A stretch of 63,734 bases of DNA, counting the filler. It is 6 parts of 6 records of this genome, joined end to end, with 100 filler letters (N's around TTAATTAATTAA, not from the genome) between each part and the next. Parts side by side here need not be neighbours in the genome. Positions count along the whole stretch, not along the records: positions 16,806 to 24,577 come from DRR723986_5827; positions 24,678 to 32,140 come from DRR723986_5830; 4 more parts are not named here. One strand, given 5' to 3'. Under the pieces are notes generated by a model. It saw nothing but the letters and a program-made list of their open reading frames with translations, was not told the DNA's origin and did no database searches. Shown here one piece after another: positions 20,131 through 29,837 of this stretch (position 1 is its first letter; every line of letters starts with the position of its first letter). The translations under genes and the position numbers were made by a program.

Positions 20131-21438
20131 ATGACCAGTTTTTCCCCTCGCGAGATTGTCTCTGAACTTGACCGCTATATCATCGGCCAGTCAGACGCCA
20201 AGCGGGCTGTATCGGTTGCGCTGCGTAATCGTTGGCGCCGTCAGCAGCTTGAAGGCGACATGCGCGAGGAAGTGCTGCCGAAAAATATTTTAATGGTTGG
20301 CCCCACGGGCGTTGGCAAAACTGAAATCTCCCGGCGTTTGGCCAAGTTGGCGCAGGCACCGTTCATCAAAATTGAAGCCACTAAGTTTACCGAGGTTGGC
20401 TATGTGGGCCGCGATGTGGAGCAAATCGTCCGCGACCTCGTGGAAACCGCAATTTTAATGGTGAAAGAAAAGAAACGCGGCGAAGTGAGCGCCAAAGCCG
20501 AATTGCAGGCAGAAGAACGCGTGATTGATGCCCTTGTGGGCGACGGCGCCGGTGAGGCCACGCGGCAGAAGTTCCGCAAAATGCTGCGCGAAGGCGACCT
20601 TGCCGACAAAGAGATAGAGCTTGAGGTCGCTGATACTGCGGGCGGTTTTCCGCAGTTTGACATTCCCGGTATGCCGGGTGCCAGCATGGGCATGGTAAAT
20701 TTGGGTGATATGTTCGGTAAAGCCATGGGCGGCAAAACCGTGAAGAAAAAGCTGTCTGTTGCAGAGGCCTATGAGGTTTTGATGGCCGAAGAGGCCGACA
20801 AATTGGTTGATGATGATGTCTCCACCCGCGAGGCGCTTAGCCTTGTGGAACAAAGCGGCATCGTGTTTCTGGACGAAGTGGATAAAATTTGCGCACGCCA
20901 AGATGCCCGCGGCGGTGATGTTAGCCGCGAGGGTGTTCAGCGTGATTTGCTGCCACTCATTGAGGGCACAACCGTTTCAACCAAATACGGCGCCGTGAAA
21001 ACCGACCATATTCTCTTCATCGCATCGGGTGCTTTCCATTTGGCAAAACCGTCGGACCTTTTGCCCGAGCTGCAGGGTCGTTTGCCCATTCGGGTGGAAC
21101 TACGCGACCTGACCGAGGCTGATTTCCGCCGCATTTTAACCGAACCTGACTTCAGCCTTATCAGGCAATATGTTGCGCTATTGGGCACCGAGGATGTAAC
21201 GCTTGATTTTACCGATGACGGTATTGACGAAGTGGCAAAAATATCGGCGCATTTCAATGAAACCGTCGAAAACATTGGCGCAAGGCGTTTGCATACGGTG
21301 CTGGAAAAAGTACTGGAGGAAATTTCTTTCACCGCCAGTGACAAAAGCGGTACCACAGTGACCATTGATGCGGCCTTTGTTCAGGAACATATGGGCGAGC
21401 TTGCCAGCGGCAGCGACCTGTCCAAGTTTATTCTCTGA
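20131..21438 (+). CDS. hslU: ATP-dependent protease ATPase subunit
   Basis: [42 protein letters not shown]-terminus. Confidence 0.98.
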   Translation: MTSFSPREIVSELDRYIIGQSDAKRAVSVALRNRWRRQQLEGDMREEVLPKNILMVGPTGVGKTEISRRLAKLAQAPFIKIEATKFTEVGYVGRDVEQIVRDLVETAILMVKEKKRGEVSAKAELQAEERVIDALVGDGAGEATRQKFRKMLREGDLADKEIELEVADTAGGFPQFDIPGMPGASMGMVNLGDMFGKAMGGKTVKKKLSVAEAYEVLMAEEADKLVDDDVSTREALSLVEQSGIVFLDEVDKICARQDARGGDVSREGVQRDLLPLIEGTTVSTKYGAVKTDHILFIASGAFHLAKPSDLLPELQGRLPIRVELRDLTEADFRRILTEPDFSLIRQYVALLGTEDVTLDFTDDGIDEVAKISAHFNETVENIGARRLHTVLEKVLEEISFTASDKSGTTVTIDAAFVQEHMGELASGSDLSKFIL

Positions 21439-21498
21439 TTGCCGCGCAAGGTTTGCGCGGTCATACTTGCGGCACTGTTTCGGTATTTGAGGTTTATT

Positions 21499-21870
21499 AT
21501 GTCTTACGACCCCGAGAATATATTCGCGAAAATCCTGCGCGGTGAAATTCCCTGCAACAAGGTTTATGAGGACGAGTTTGCCCTCGCGTTTCACGACATC
21601 AACCCGCAGGCCCCCGTTCATGTGCTGGTTATCCCGAAGGGTGACTATGTCTCAATGGCGGACTTCACCAAATCAGCCCCTGCTGACTTAATTGCGGGCT
21701 TCATGCGCGCAGTGGGTAAAACCGCAAATGAATTAGGCTTGGTTGAAGGCGGGTACCGCACCCTTGCCAATGCGGGCGCTAATGCGCATCAGGAAGTACC
21801 GCACTTGCATTTTCATATTTTTGGCGGTGCACCGCTTGGCCCTATGCTTGATAAGCGTTTTTCGGCTTAG
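21499..21870 (+). CDS. hinT: Histidine triad nucleotide-binding protein
   Basis: [22 protein letters not shown] triad. Confidence 0.9.
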   Translation: MSYDPENIFAKILRGEIPCNKVYEDEFALAFHDINPQAPVHVLVIPKGDYVSMADFTKSAPADLIAGFMRAVGKTANELGLVEGGYRTLANAGANAHQEVPHLHFHIFGGAPLGPMLDKRFSA

Positions 21871-22064
21871 TCAGTCAATTCGCGGGCTTCATCGGTTAGC
21901 AAAATTGGAATGCCGTCCCTAATGGGGAAGGCGAGCCCAGCAGACCGACTGATCAACTCTTGTGCTGCGGCGTCATACTCAAGGGTTTTGCGCGTAACCG
22001 GGCACACCAGAATTTCCAGAAATTGGCGGGCGGTGCGATGCTTTGACGTGTCTGATTTACTCAT
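21867..22064 (-). CDS. Trm112/YcaR family protein
   Basis: [22 protein letters not shown]. Confidence 0.9.
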   Translation of the reverse strand: MSKSDTSKHRTARQFLEILVCPVTRKTLEYDAAAQELISRSAGLAFPIRDGIPILLTDEARELTD

Positions 22065-22100
22065 TTTTCTCTCACGTGCATTAATTCAAAGTGCGTTAAC

Positions 22101-22760
22101 TCAATGAAACTTTGGCGGTTCTTTAGGGCTACTTTCAATCACAGACATTTTCAATAGTGTTTCCAGCGTGGTTGCGCGCTCATTCACTGACATGGCTTCC
22201 AGCAATGCCTGTTTTTCCGGAGCCCCCATGGGAATGATCATTGACAGCGTGTTGACCAAAACATCATTGGGCGCTTCCGCGATGGCATCAAAGTCTGCAT
22301 CAAGCCCTTTTGTATCAAGATAGTTGGATAAGGCCGCCAGCAAGGTTCGGCGGTTGATATCGTCTGCAGACCCTTTTGTTGCCGGGTCGTTAAAGCGTGA
22401 CCAATCCGCATGAATTTGGCGGTAGGGTGTTGTTGTGCTGAGTTCGCTGGTCACCTCAAACCGGGCAAGCCCCTTCAGGCGCAAGGTAAACCTGTTGTTA
22501 CCCGTGTCCACAAGGTCATCAATTTTGCCAACCGCGCCCACAGCATATAGTTCGCTATCACCTGAGTCAGTTTCCGGTGTTTTGGGCTGTATCATGCCAA
22601 TCAACCCGTCGGTTGTGACAGCGTCTCGCACCATTTGAAGATAGCGGGGCTCAAAAATATTCAGGGGTAAATTGCTGCCCGGTATCAATATAACCCCGGT
22701 TAACGGAAAGATTGGTATCTTGACCGGCAGATGCACAGGGGTTGATGCGGGTGAGGGCAT
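22101..22760 (-). CDS. LON peptidase substrate-binding domain protein
   Basis: PIFPL..LPLNIFEPRYLQMV; EKQALLEA; usual position after ybbN. Confidence 0.9.
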   Translation of the reverse strand: MPSPASTPVHLPVKIPIFPLTGVILIPGSNLPLNIFEPRYLQMVRDAVTTDGLIGMIQPKTPETDSGDSELYAVGAVGKIDDLVDTGNNRFTLRLKGLARFEVTSELSTTTPYRQIHADWSRFNDPATKGSADDINRRTLLAALSNYLDTKGLDADFDAIAEAPNDVLVNTLSMIIPMGAPEKQALLEAMSVNERATTLETLLKMSVIESSPKEPPKFH

Positions 22761-22767
22761 GTTTTTT

Positions 22768-23715
22768 CTAGCTGAATAGAACCGATGACAACCGTCTTCG
22801 GTATTTTTGGGTAAAAGGGTCTGTTGGCCCGGCGGCTTCAAACAATTTTAGCAGGTGTTCTCTCGCGCCGTCATCATTCCATTCGCGGTCGCGTATGATA
22901 ACACCAAGCAAGGCCTCTGCTGCGCTGTTCATGTCGCCTGCCGCTTGGTATGCTAGTGCCAAATCAAAGCGTGCCTGGTGATTTTGCGGATCTGCTTCTA
23001 CCGCTTGTAATAAAGGCTCTATGTCACCGGCGTTCTCGGCCTGTGCTGCTAACTCAAGGCTTGCTTCAATGCGATCAATCCGCTCTTTCAGGGCCGGGTC
23101 TTTGCGGTTTTCATCGGTCAGCATGCCAGCTATCTCGTGCGCCTGATCTAGTTGGCCCAGCTTAATGGCGGCTTCTGCCATGCCCACAACTGCGCCAGTA
23201 CAGTTGGGGTCGTGCGCCAAAATTTGTTGGTAAATTTGCACAGCCTGTTCTGTGTATGCCTGCTCGTTTGCCGCCAATAGTTCGTTGGCTTGTTCCAGTG
23301 CTGCGGCAACCGGGTCATTGGCGGCCCCGCCACCTAACGCCACAAGCTTATCGATAAAAGCTTTAATCTGCTCCGGCGGTAATGGTCCTTGAAAACCATC
23401 AACCGGCTGGCCCTGCCAAAAAGCGATAACCGTTGGCAGGCTTTGCACTTGTAGCTGGGCGCACAGTTGTTGGTTCTGGTCGGCGTTCACTTTGGCAAGC
23501 GCAACGGCACCGCCCGCCGCGGTAACCGCCGCCTCAAGTGCAGGTATAAGCTGCTTGCAGGCCGCAGACCTCTCAGACCAAATGTCAACAATTACGGGCC
23601 TTGTTTGAGAAGCTTCAATAACATCGGCGCTAAAGCTTTGCATGGTGGTATCTGAAATAGCGCTGTTAGCACCGCTTTGGGGTGCTGGCTGTGCGCCTGT
23701 CATTATTGTATCCAT
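22768..23715 (-). CDS. cnoX: Thioredoxin-TPR chaperedoxin CnoX/YbbN
   Basis: Trx fold (VDIWSERSAACKQL, VQSLPTV, GQPVDGF); C-terminal DREWNDDGAR..RRRLSSVLFS. Confidence 0.9.
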   Translation of the reverse strand: MDTIMTGAQPAPQSGANSAISDTTMQSFSADVIEASQTRPVIVDIWSERSAACKQLIPALEAAVTAAGGAVALAKVNADQNQQLCAQLQVQSLPTVIAFWQGQPVDGFQGPLPPEQIKAFIDKLVALGGGAANDPVAAALEQANELLAANEQAYTEQAVQIYQQILAHDPNCTGAVVGMAEAAIKLGQLDQAHEIAGMLTDENRKDPALKERIDRIEASLELAAQAENAGDIEPLLQAVEADPQNHQARFDLALAYQAAGDMNSAAEALLGVIIRDREWNDDGAREHLLKLFEAAGPTDPFTQKYRRRLSSVLFS

Positions 23716-23820
23716 TGTACACTCAATTACTTGCTGTTTTGGCCAGCATACCGGGTGTGCTGCCATCGCGCTAGCACGCATTCCGGTAATCGGTAGATTT
23801 GTTGAATTAATCGGGTTTTT

Positions 23821-24357
23821 TTACAGCGGTATTATCGCAGGCTCAAATCTGCAAGCCTTGACGAAAGTGATTAGGCCTTCGCTGCGAACTGCGGTCGTGG
23901 CGGCATTATGCAGCGGGTGAAAATAGAGCAGGTCATGCTTGAGCAGCTCTTGGTCCAGCACTACCTTAATAGGCGGGTGGTCAGGCTTGGCTCTGGTGTG
24001 TGCATTCAAAAGGGCAAACGGCGTTACAGAGCCAGGCGTAACACCCAAATAAGCAGTTAGGCGTTCGGCGCTGGCAAAAGACAAGCGCCCCATGTCAATG
24101 GTGCTGGCCAGGCTTTTCAGGTCAATCGGTTGATCTTCATGGGCGACAATCAAGGCATAGTTTTTCTTTTTGTCGCGCACAAACAGGTTTTTACTGTGCC
24201 CGTGCCCATACGCATGTTTTGGGCTTACAGGCATGCTCGTGCGCGCGGCCTGCGCCTCTTCCACGGTAAAAACCGGTTCATGCCGGTATGTTTCGTGGGC
24301 AATTTTGTGGGTGTCCAGGAAAGTGAAAAGCTCTGTTTCTGAAGCGGGTGATTCCAT
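23821..24357 (-). CDS. YbaK/ProX (PrdX) aminoacyl-tRNA deacylase
   Basis: HEPVFTVEE; KNLF; LGVTPGSVTPF; FHPLHN. Confidence 0.9.
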   Translation of the reverse strand: MESPASETELFTFLDTHKIAHETYRHEPVFTVEEAQAARTSMPVSPKHAYGHGHSKNLFVRDKKKNYALIVAHEDQPIDLKSLASTIDMGRLSFASAERLTAYLGVTPGSVTPFALLNAHTRAKPDHPPIKVVLDQELLKHDLLYFHPLHNAATTAVRSEGLITFVKACRFEPAIIPL

Positions 24358-24549
24358 TACAGTCCTTATAAAGCATAGGCTGAGCGGGCCGTTAAGCCGC
24401 GTGAAAAGGCTTGTTTTTCTTACCGTTACGCCGATTTTCTGTAAATATAAAAATAACTGTTGCAAAGGCAAGGCGGATGGCTATTATCCCGCCTCGCAAG
24501 CGGCATAGCCGTTGTCCCTGCAGGTGTAGTGTACATCTGAACGTTTTGA

Positions 24550-24577
24550 GCGGGCGTAGCTCAGGGGTAGAGCATAA
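24550..24577 (+). tRNA. tRNA 5' fragment, probably tRNA-Gly (anticodon not in contig)
   Basis: GCGGGCGTAGCTCAGGGGTAGAGC acceptor stem and D-arm, cut by the contig end. Confidence 0.75.
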
Positions 24578-24677
24578 NNNNNNNNNNNNNNNNNNNNNNN
24601 NNNNNNNNNNNNNNNNNNNNNTTAATTAATTAANNNNNNNNNNNNNNNNNNNNNNNNNNNNNNNNNNNNNNNNNNNN
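24578..24677. other. Artificial contig linker
   Basis: N44-TTAATTAATTAA-N44. Confidence 0.99.
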
Positions 24678-24723
24678 CCAAGGCGTTATGAGCGCCCTGC
24701 TCTAACCGTTGAGCTACAGGCCC
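24678..24723 (-). tRNA. tRNA with CAT anticodon, 5' part (probably tRNA-Ile2)
   Basis: Minus strand GGGCCTGTAGCTCAACGGTTAGAGCAGGGCGCTCATAACGCCTTGG: D-arm plus anticodon arm with CT-CAT-AA loop. Confidence 0.85.
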
Positions 24724-24869
24724 CAACTTGCGCAAAGGGGTGCCAGACACGCGCGCCAAGGTCAAGCCTTGGAACGCATCTGGCGCCTTTGCTGCGGCGA
24801 TCCGCGCTTGCCGATTGCAAATTCTGCGCCCATCCTATAGGCCGCGCGCAAGCAGAATAGGGGCCCATC

Positions 24870-25916
24870 ATGACGAATGGCAAAAACGGCATCACCTACG
24901 CCCAGGCGGGCGTTGATATTGACGCAGGCAATGCGCTGGTCGAGCGGATCAAGCCGGCCGCAAAACGCACTGCGCGCCCCGGCGTGATGGCGGGCCTGGG
25001 CGGCTTTGGCGCGCTGTTTGATCTCAAGGATGCGGGCTACACCGACCCTGTTTTGGTGGCCGCCACCGATGGTGTGGGCACCAAGCTGCGCATCGCCATC
25101 GATACCGGAAATTTTCAAACCATCGGCATCGATCTGGTGGCAATGTGCGTGAATGATCTGGTGTGCCAAGGGGCCGAGCCGCTGTTTTTTCTGGATTATT
25201 TCGCCACAGGCAAGCTGGTGCTGGAAGATGCCACAGCCATTATCGAAGGCATCGCCGAGGGCTGCGCGCAATCGGGCTGTGCGCTGATCGGGGGCGAAAC
25301 CGCGGAAATGCCCGGCATGTATCATGCGGGTGATTTCGATTTGGCGGGGTTTGCCGTGGGCGCCATGGAACGCGGGCAGGATTTGCCAGCCGATGTGGCG
25401 GCGGGCGATGTGCTGTTGGGCCTGGCCTCGTCTGGGGTGCATTCCAATGGCTATAGCCTGGTGCGCAAACTGGTCGAGATTTCGGGCCTGGGCTGGGATG
25501 CGCCTTGCCCGTGGGATGACACGATCACATTGGGTGCGGCATTGCTGGCGCCGACGCGGCTTTATGTGAAACAGGCTTTGGCGGCGGTGCGCGCGGGCGG
25601 TGTGCACGGGCTGGCCCATATCACCGGTGGCGGATTAACCGAAAACCTGCCGCGCGTCCTGCCCGAGGGGCTTGGCGCCACGATCGATCTAAACAGCTGG
25701 GCCTTGCCGCCGGTGTTTCGCTGGCTTGGCGCCACGGGCAATATGGACGCGGCCGAGATGCTGAAAACCTTTAACTGCGGTATCGGCATGATTTTGGTTG
25801 TCGCCCCCGAACGCGCCGATGCGCTGGCGGCTCTGCTGGCAGAGGGGGGCGAAGAGGTGCACCGCTTGGGCCATGTGGTGGCGGGGCAGGGCGTGTCTTA
25901 TACTGGCGCGCTTTGA
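24870..25916 (+). CDS. purM: Phosphoribosylformylglycinamidine cyclo-ligase
   Basis: [31 protein letters not shown]. Confidence 0.98.
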   Translation: MTNGKNGITYAQAGVDIDAGNALVERIKPAAKRTARPGVMAGLGGFGALFDLKDAGYTDPVLVAATDGVGTKLRIAIDTGNFQTIGIDLVAMCVNDLVCQGAEPLFFLDYFATGKLVLEDATAIIEGIAEGCAQSGCALIGGETAEMPGMYHAGDFDLAGFAVGAMERGQDLPADVAAGDVLLGLASSGVHSNGYSLVRKLVEISGLGWDAPCPWDDTITLGAALLAPTRLYVKQALAAVRAGGVHGLAHITGGGLTENLPRVLPEGLGATIDLNSWALPPVFRWLGATGNMDAAEMLKTFNCGIGMILVVAPERADALAALLAEGGEEVHRLGHVVAGQGVSYTGAL

Positions 25917-25920
25917 TCTC

Positions 25921-26541
25921 ATGCAGCAGCGCGTGGCAATCCTGATTTCGGGCGGCGGCAGCAATATGGTGTCGTTGCTCGATAGTATGGATGCCAGCCA
26001 CCCGGCGCGCCCGGTTTTGGTGCTGTCAAACGAGCCGCAGGCAGGCGGCTTGGCCAAGGCCGCCGCGCGGGGCGTGGAGACTGCAGTGCTGGATCACCGC
26101 CCCTTTGGCCGTGATCGCGGCGCATTCGAGGCGGCGCTGCACGCCCGCCTTTTGCAGGCCGCGCCAGATATTATTTGCCTGGCTGGGTTCATGCGCATCC
26201 TGACCGAAGGCTTCGTGCGCAAATGGCAGGGGCGTATGCTGAATATCCACCCCTCGCTTTTGCCCAAATACAAAGGGCTGCACACCCATCAACGCGCGCT
26301 AGATGCAGGCGATACCGAGGCAGGCTGCAGCGTGCACCTGGTCACACCCGAGCTGGATGGCGGCCCGATTGTGGAACAGGCCCGCGTGCCGATCTTGCCA
26401 CAAGACACAGCCGATACGCTGGCCGCGCGGGTTTTGGTAGAAGAACATCGCCTGTATCCACGCGCGCTGCGGGCCCTGGCGATGGGCCAGCTGCCTGCAG
26501 CCATTGCGCTGCAACAGCAGGCATCGGATGGCCCGGCTTAG
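25921..26541 (+). CDS. purN: Phosphoribosylglycinamide formyltransferase
   Basis: ISGGGSN; LAGFMRIL; NIHPSLLP; LDGGPI. Confidence 0.97.
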   Translation: MQQRVAILISGGGSNMVSLLDSMDASHPARPVLVLSNEPQAGGLAKAAARGVETAVLDHRPFGRDRGAFEAALHARLLQAAPDIICLAGFMRILTEGFVRKWQGRMLNIHPSLLPKYKGLHTHQRALDAGDTEAGCSVHLVTPELDGGPIVEQARVPILPQDTADTLAARVLVEEHRLYPRALRALAMGQLPAAIALQQQASDGPA

Positions 26542-26621
26542 GCTGGGTTTTCTTTTGCCTGCATTTGGCGTATATCGCGCCATCCTTTGTGCCGCAGGCC
26601 GCATGGGCCCTTTAGAAAAGA

Positions 26622-27794
26622 ATGCCGCAGATGAAGACAATAACAACAACCGAAGACCTGGCCGCGTTCTGCACTATGGCCGCTGGGCACCCTTATGTGA
26701 CGGTCGATACCGAATTTCTGCGGGAACGGACGTATTACTCGAAACTCTGCCTGATCCAGCTTGCCGTGCCGGGCGATACGGCCGAAAGCGCGGTTTTGGT
26801 CGATCCGATCCTTGGCAGCGATATGTCGCTTGCGCCGCTCTATGCGCTGTTTCGCAACCCCGATGTGGTCAAGGTGTTTCACGCCGCACGCCAAGATCTG
26901 GAAATATTCTACGTTGATGCCAAGGTCTTTCCCGAGCCGCTTTTCGACACCCAGGTGGCGGCCATGGTCTGTGGCTTTGGCGAGCAGGTGGGCTATGAAA
27001 CCCTGGTGCGCAAGATCGCCAAAGAGGGAGTGGATAAATCTAGCCGCTTTACCGATTGGTCGCGCCGCCCGCTGTCGGATGCGCAAAAATCCTATGCTTT
27101 GGCCGATGTCACGCATTTGCGCAAAATCTACGAATTCCTGGCCGCGCAATTGCAAAAACAGGGGCGCGCCAAATGGGTGGCGGAAGAGCTGCGCATTCTG
27201 ACCAACCCTGAAACCTATATCAGCCGCCCCGAAGATGCCTGGCAGCGCGTTAAGACGCGCACCCAATCAGGCAAGTTTTTGGCCATTGTGCGCGAATTGG
27301 CCCGGTTCCGCGAGGCCTATGCGCAAGAGCGTAACATCCCCCGTTCGCGCGTTTTTAAAGATGATGCGCTGGTCGAGCTGGCCTCGACCAAGCCGCAAAA
27401 CCTGGGCGATTTGAACAAATCGCGGCTTTTGCTGCGCGAGGCCCGCAAGGGCGAGATTGCCGATGGCATTTTGGCCGCAATCCAGGCCGGTATCGCGTGC
27501 CCGCGCGAGGCGATGCCCGAAGGCGCCAAGGATGACGACAAGCTGCAAGTTAACCCCGCCTTGGCCGATTTGCTGCGGGTCTTGTTGAAAGCCAAAACCG
27601 AAAAATCTGGCGTGGCGGCCAAGCTTATTGCCTCGTCCGCAGATCTGGATGCGCTGGCCGCAGGGCGGCGCGATGTGCCCGCGATGATGGGCTGGCGCCG
27701 TGAGGTTTTTGGCCACGATGCCGAGCGGCTATGCGCGGGCGAAATCGCCCTGGCCGCCAAAGGCAAAACCGTGCGGATTGTCGAGCTGAGCTAA
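26622..27794 (+). CDS. rnd: Ribonuclease D
   Basis: VDTEFLRERTY; FHAARQD; FDTQVAA; YALADV; HRDC region. Confidence 0.96.
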   Translation: MPQMKTITTTEDLAAFCTMAAGHPYVTVDTEFLRERTYYSKLCLIQLAVPGDTAESAVLVDPILGSDMSLAPLYALFRNPDVVKVFHAARQDLEIFYVDAKVFPEPLFDTQVAAMVCGFGEQVGYETLVRKIAKEGVDKSSRFTDWSRRPLSDAQKSYALADVTHLRKIYEFLAAQLQKQGRAKWVAEELRILTNPETYISRPEDAWQRVKTRTQSGKFLAIVRELARFREAYAQERNIPRSRVFKDDALVELASTKPQNLGDLNKSRLLLREARKGEIADGILAAIQAGIACPREAMPEGAKDDDKLQVNPALADLLRVLLKAKTEKSGVAAKLIASSADLDALAAGRRDVPAMMGWRREVFGHDAERLCAGEIALAAKGKTVRIVELS

Positions 27795-27806
27795 GCGCGC
27801 CGACGC

Positions 27807-28316
27807 TTATTTGCGAATGTCACGGGCGTTTTCCGCACCTTCCACGCGGATACGGCGGATGCCTTCCAGCATGTCGGCGGTCACATGGCTGGCCGCAATA
27901 ACACTGCGCGTGCCGCGTGTATTGGTGGCGCCCTCGGGGCTGAATTCCGCCTGCAGGGCAAAAACCAGCGTGTCGCTGCGGCTGCTGTCGCGCGGCACAA
28001 GGCGCAGGTTATAGGCATCAACCCGGGCGATGCCCTGCACGCGCAAAACGCCGCCATTGGCCACCGGGTCTAGCGTGACATCGGTGATGCGGGCCACGTC
28101 TATGCCTGCGTATTCCTTTTCTTTTTTGCGAAATGACAACATGTTGTTGCCCTTGGGCAGCAGCGGGTTCACCTCGTCCTCGCTTGGGGCCTTGGCCACC
28201 TCGCGGCTTTTTCCAAACCAATTGGCGGGGTTGACGCGGCTGTCTTGCACGGCGCCACAGCTTGCCAAAAGCAGGGCGGCAGCCATCAGGGAAACAAACG
28301 GTTTGCGCATGAACAA
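27807..28316 (-). CDS. Conserved hypothetical lipoprotein
   Basis: Lipobox LLASC followed by SRVNPANWFG. Confidence 0.75.
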   Translation of the reverse strand: MFMRKPFVSLMAAALLLASCGAVQDSRVNPANWFGKSREVAKAPSEDEVNPLLPKGNNMLSFRKKEKEYAGIDVARITDVTLDPVANGGVLRVQGIARVDAYNLRLVPRDSSRSDTLVFALQAEFSPEGATNTRGTRSVIAASHVTADMLEGIRRIRVEGAENARDIRK

Positions 28317-28465
28317 GGTCTACCTTTTGCCAATCATTGGGCGGTGGCCTAGGGCTACAGCATTGCTGGGCAGATGAAAAGCCACATCAAGGCTGGACCT
28401 TGGGCCATGCCCGCCTTACCTGTGGCACCAGCGCCGTTCACATTTGGCAAAGATAGGGAAAACGC

Positions 28466-28870
28466 ATGGCCACCGAAGCATTCGAAGCAATCGTCGAAGA
28501 TTTCGACTTTCTCGAAGACTGGGAAGAACGCTACGCCCATGTGATCGAGCTGGGCCGCGCCATGCCGCCCCTGGATGAGGCGTTGAAAGTGCCGGCCACC
28601 AAGGTGGATGGCTGCGCCAGCCAGGTCTGGCTGCATATCCGCCCCAATGACGGTGTGTTTCATTTCGACGGTGATAGCGATGCCATGATCGTGCGTGGGC
28701 TGATCGCGGTGTTGCGCGCGCTTTATAACGGCCTGCCGGTGGCGCAGGTGGGGGCGGTGGATGCCCATGCCGAACTGGGGCGTTTGGGGCTGAACGAGCA
28801 TCTGTCCAGCCAGCGTTCGAACGGGGTGCGCGCAATGATTGCCCGGATCAGAGAAACCGCCGCAGGCTAA
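28466..28870 (+). CDS. sufE: SufE family Fe-S sulfur acceptor
   Basis: WEERY..IELG; VDGCASQVW; DSDAMIVRG; SQRSNG. Confidence 0.93.
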   Translation: MATEAFEAIVEDFDFLEDWEERYAHVIELGRAMPPLDEALKVPATKVDGCASQVWLHIRPNDGVFHFDGDSDAMIVRGLIAVLRALYNGLPVAQVGAVDAHAELGRLGLNEHLSSQRSNGVRAMIARIRETAAG

Positions 28871-29103
28871 ACCACCCCGGGCGTGGCCTGCGCCTGGTAA
28901 TGGCGCAACACGTAAACGCGTATGGCCGATGCCAGCCCTGTTTCGGGGGCGCGCCCTGCATCAACCTGTGCGGCTAAAGCATTCAGCGCAATACCTTTTT
29001 CCTGGGCGATGGTGCGGAAAGCCTGCCAAAATTCCGCCTCGAGCGTGACGCTGGTGCGATGGCCCTGCAGGGTAAGCGAATGTTTGATGGGCCGCCCGCT
29101 CAT
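28867..29103 (-). CDS. Ribbon-helix-helix domain protein
   Basis: KHSLTLQGHRTSVTLEAEFW..LASAIRV. Confidence 0.88.
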   Translation of the reverse strand: MSGRPIKHSLTLQGHRTSVTLEAEFWQAFRTIAQEKGIALNALAAQVDAGRAPETGLASAIRVYVLRHYQAQATPGVV

Positions 29104-29276
29104 TCCTCGCGCTTGTGCCCATCCAGCAGGGTTTGCGCCTTTTTGGCCTGCGCCGCCTCGCGCTGCTTTTGCGCCTTGGTGCGGCCAAATTTCACGGCGT
29201 TTTCATCGGCCGTTTTGCGCGCTTTTTCCCGCGTTTTTGCCTTGCGTGCCTGATTGAGGTTTAAAATCTCTGCCAT
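29100..29276 (-). CDS. DUF4169 family protein
   Basis: AEILNLNQARK..ADENAVKFGRTK..LDGH. Confidence 0.85.
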   Translation of the reverse strand: MAEILNLNQARKAKTREKARKTADENAVKFGRTKAQKQREAAQAKKAQTLLDGHKREE

Positions 29277-29301
29277 AGGGTTACACTTGGGCCATCGGGG
29301 C

Positions 29302-29772
29302 TTATTTTCGAAAACTATCCAAGCTGACCACCTGGGCATCTTGCTGGGGGGGCTCGGCAGGTTCGGCGTTTTCTACGAAACCGGCCTCTTCCTCGTCGTC
29401 TTCGTCGCTGTCGTCTTCGGTTTGGCTTTCAAAGCGCAGGCCAAATTCAACCGAGGGGTCAACAAAGGTGCGGATGGCGTCAAAAGGAATATTCAGCCGT
29501 TCGGGGCTGTCGCCAAAGTTGAGCGTGATGGCAAACCCATCCTCGCGCACCTCTAGGTGGTCAAACCAATGTTGCAACACCACGGTCATTTCGGCGGGGT
29601 AGCGATCGTGCAGCCACTCGGCCATGTCCACCCCGTCTTCGGTGGTATCGAACGTAATAAAGAAATGATGCGCCCCGGGCAGGCCGTTATCGCGCACATC
29701 GGCCAATACTTCTTGGATCAGGCTGCGCATGGCGCGGTGCATAAGCCGGCCGTAATCAATCTTCCGAGACAT
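29302..29772 (-). CDS. sspB: ClpXP adaptor SspB (alphaproteobacterial type)
   Basis: GLPGAHHFFITF; YPAEMTVVLQH; FVDPSVEFGLRF; VVSLDSFRK ClpX-binding tail. Confidence 0.93.
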   Translation of the reverse strand: MSRKIDYGRLMHRAMRSLIQEVLADVRDNGLPGAHHFFITFDTTEDGVDMAEWLHDRYPAEMTVVLQHWFDHLEVREDGFAITLNFGDSPERLNIPFDAIRTFVDPSVEFGLRFESQTEDDSDEDDEEEAGFVENAEPAEPPQQDAQVVSLDSFRK

Positions 29773-29837
29773 GGTTCTTTCCTTTTACATGATCCAAGCA
29801 TAGGGGATTTGCGGCAAAACAAAAGGGGGCAGCGGGG

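Noticed and set aside
24550-24723. Convergent tRNA pair or one split tRNA
   Set aside because: The two fragments are on different contigs separated by a linker
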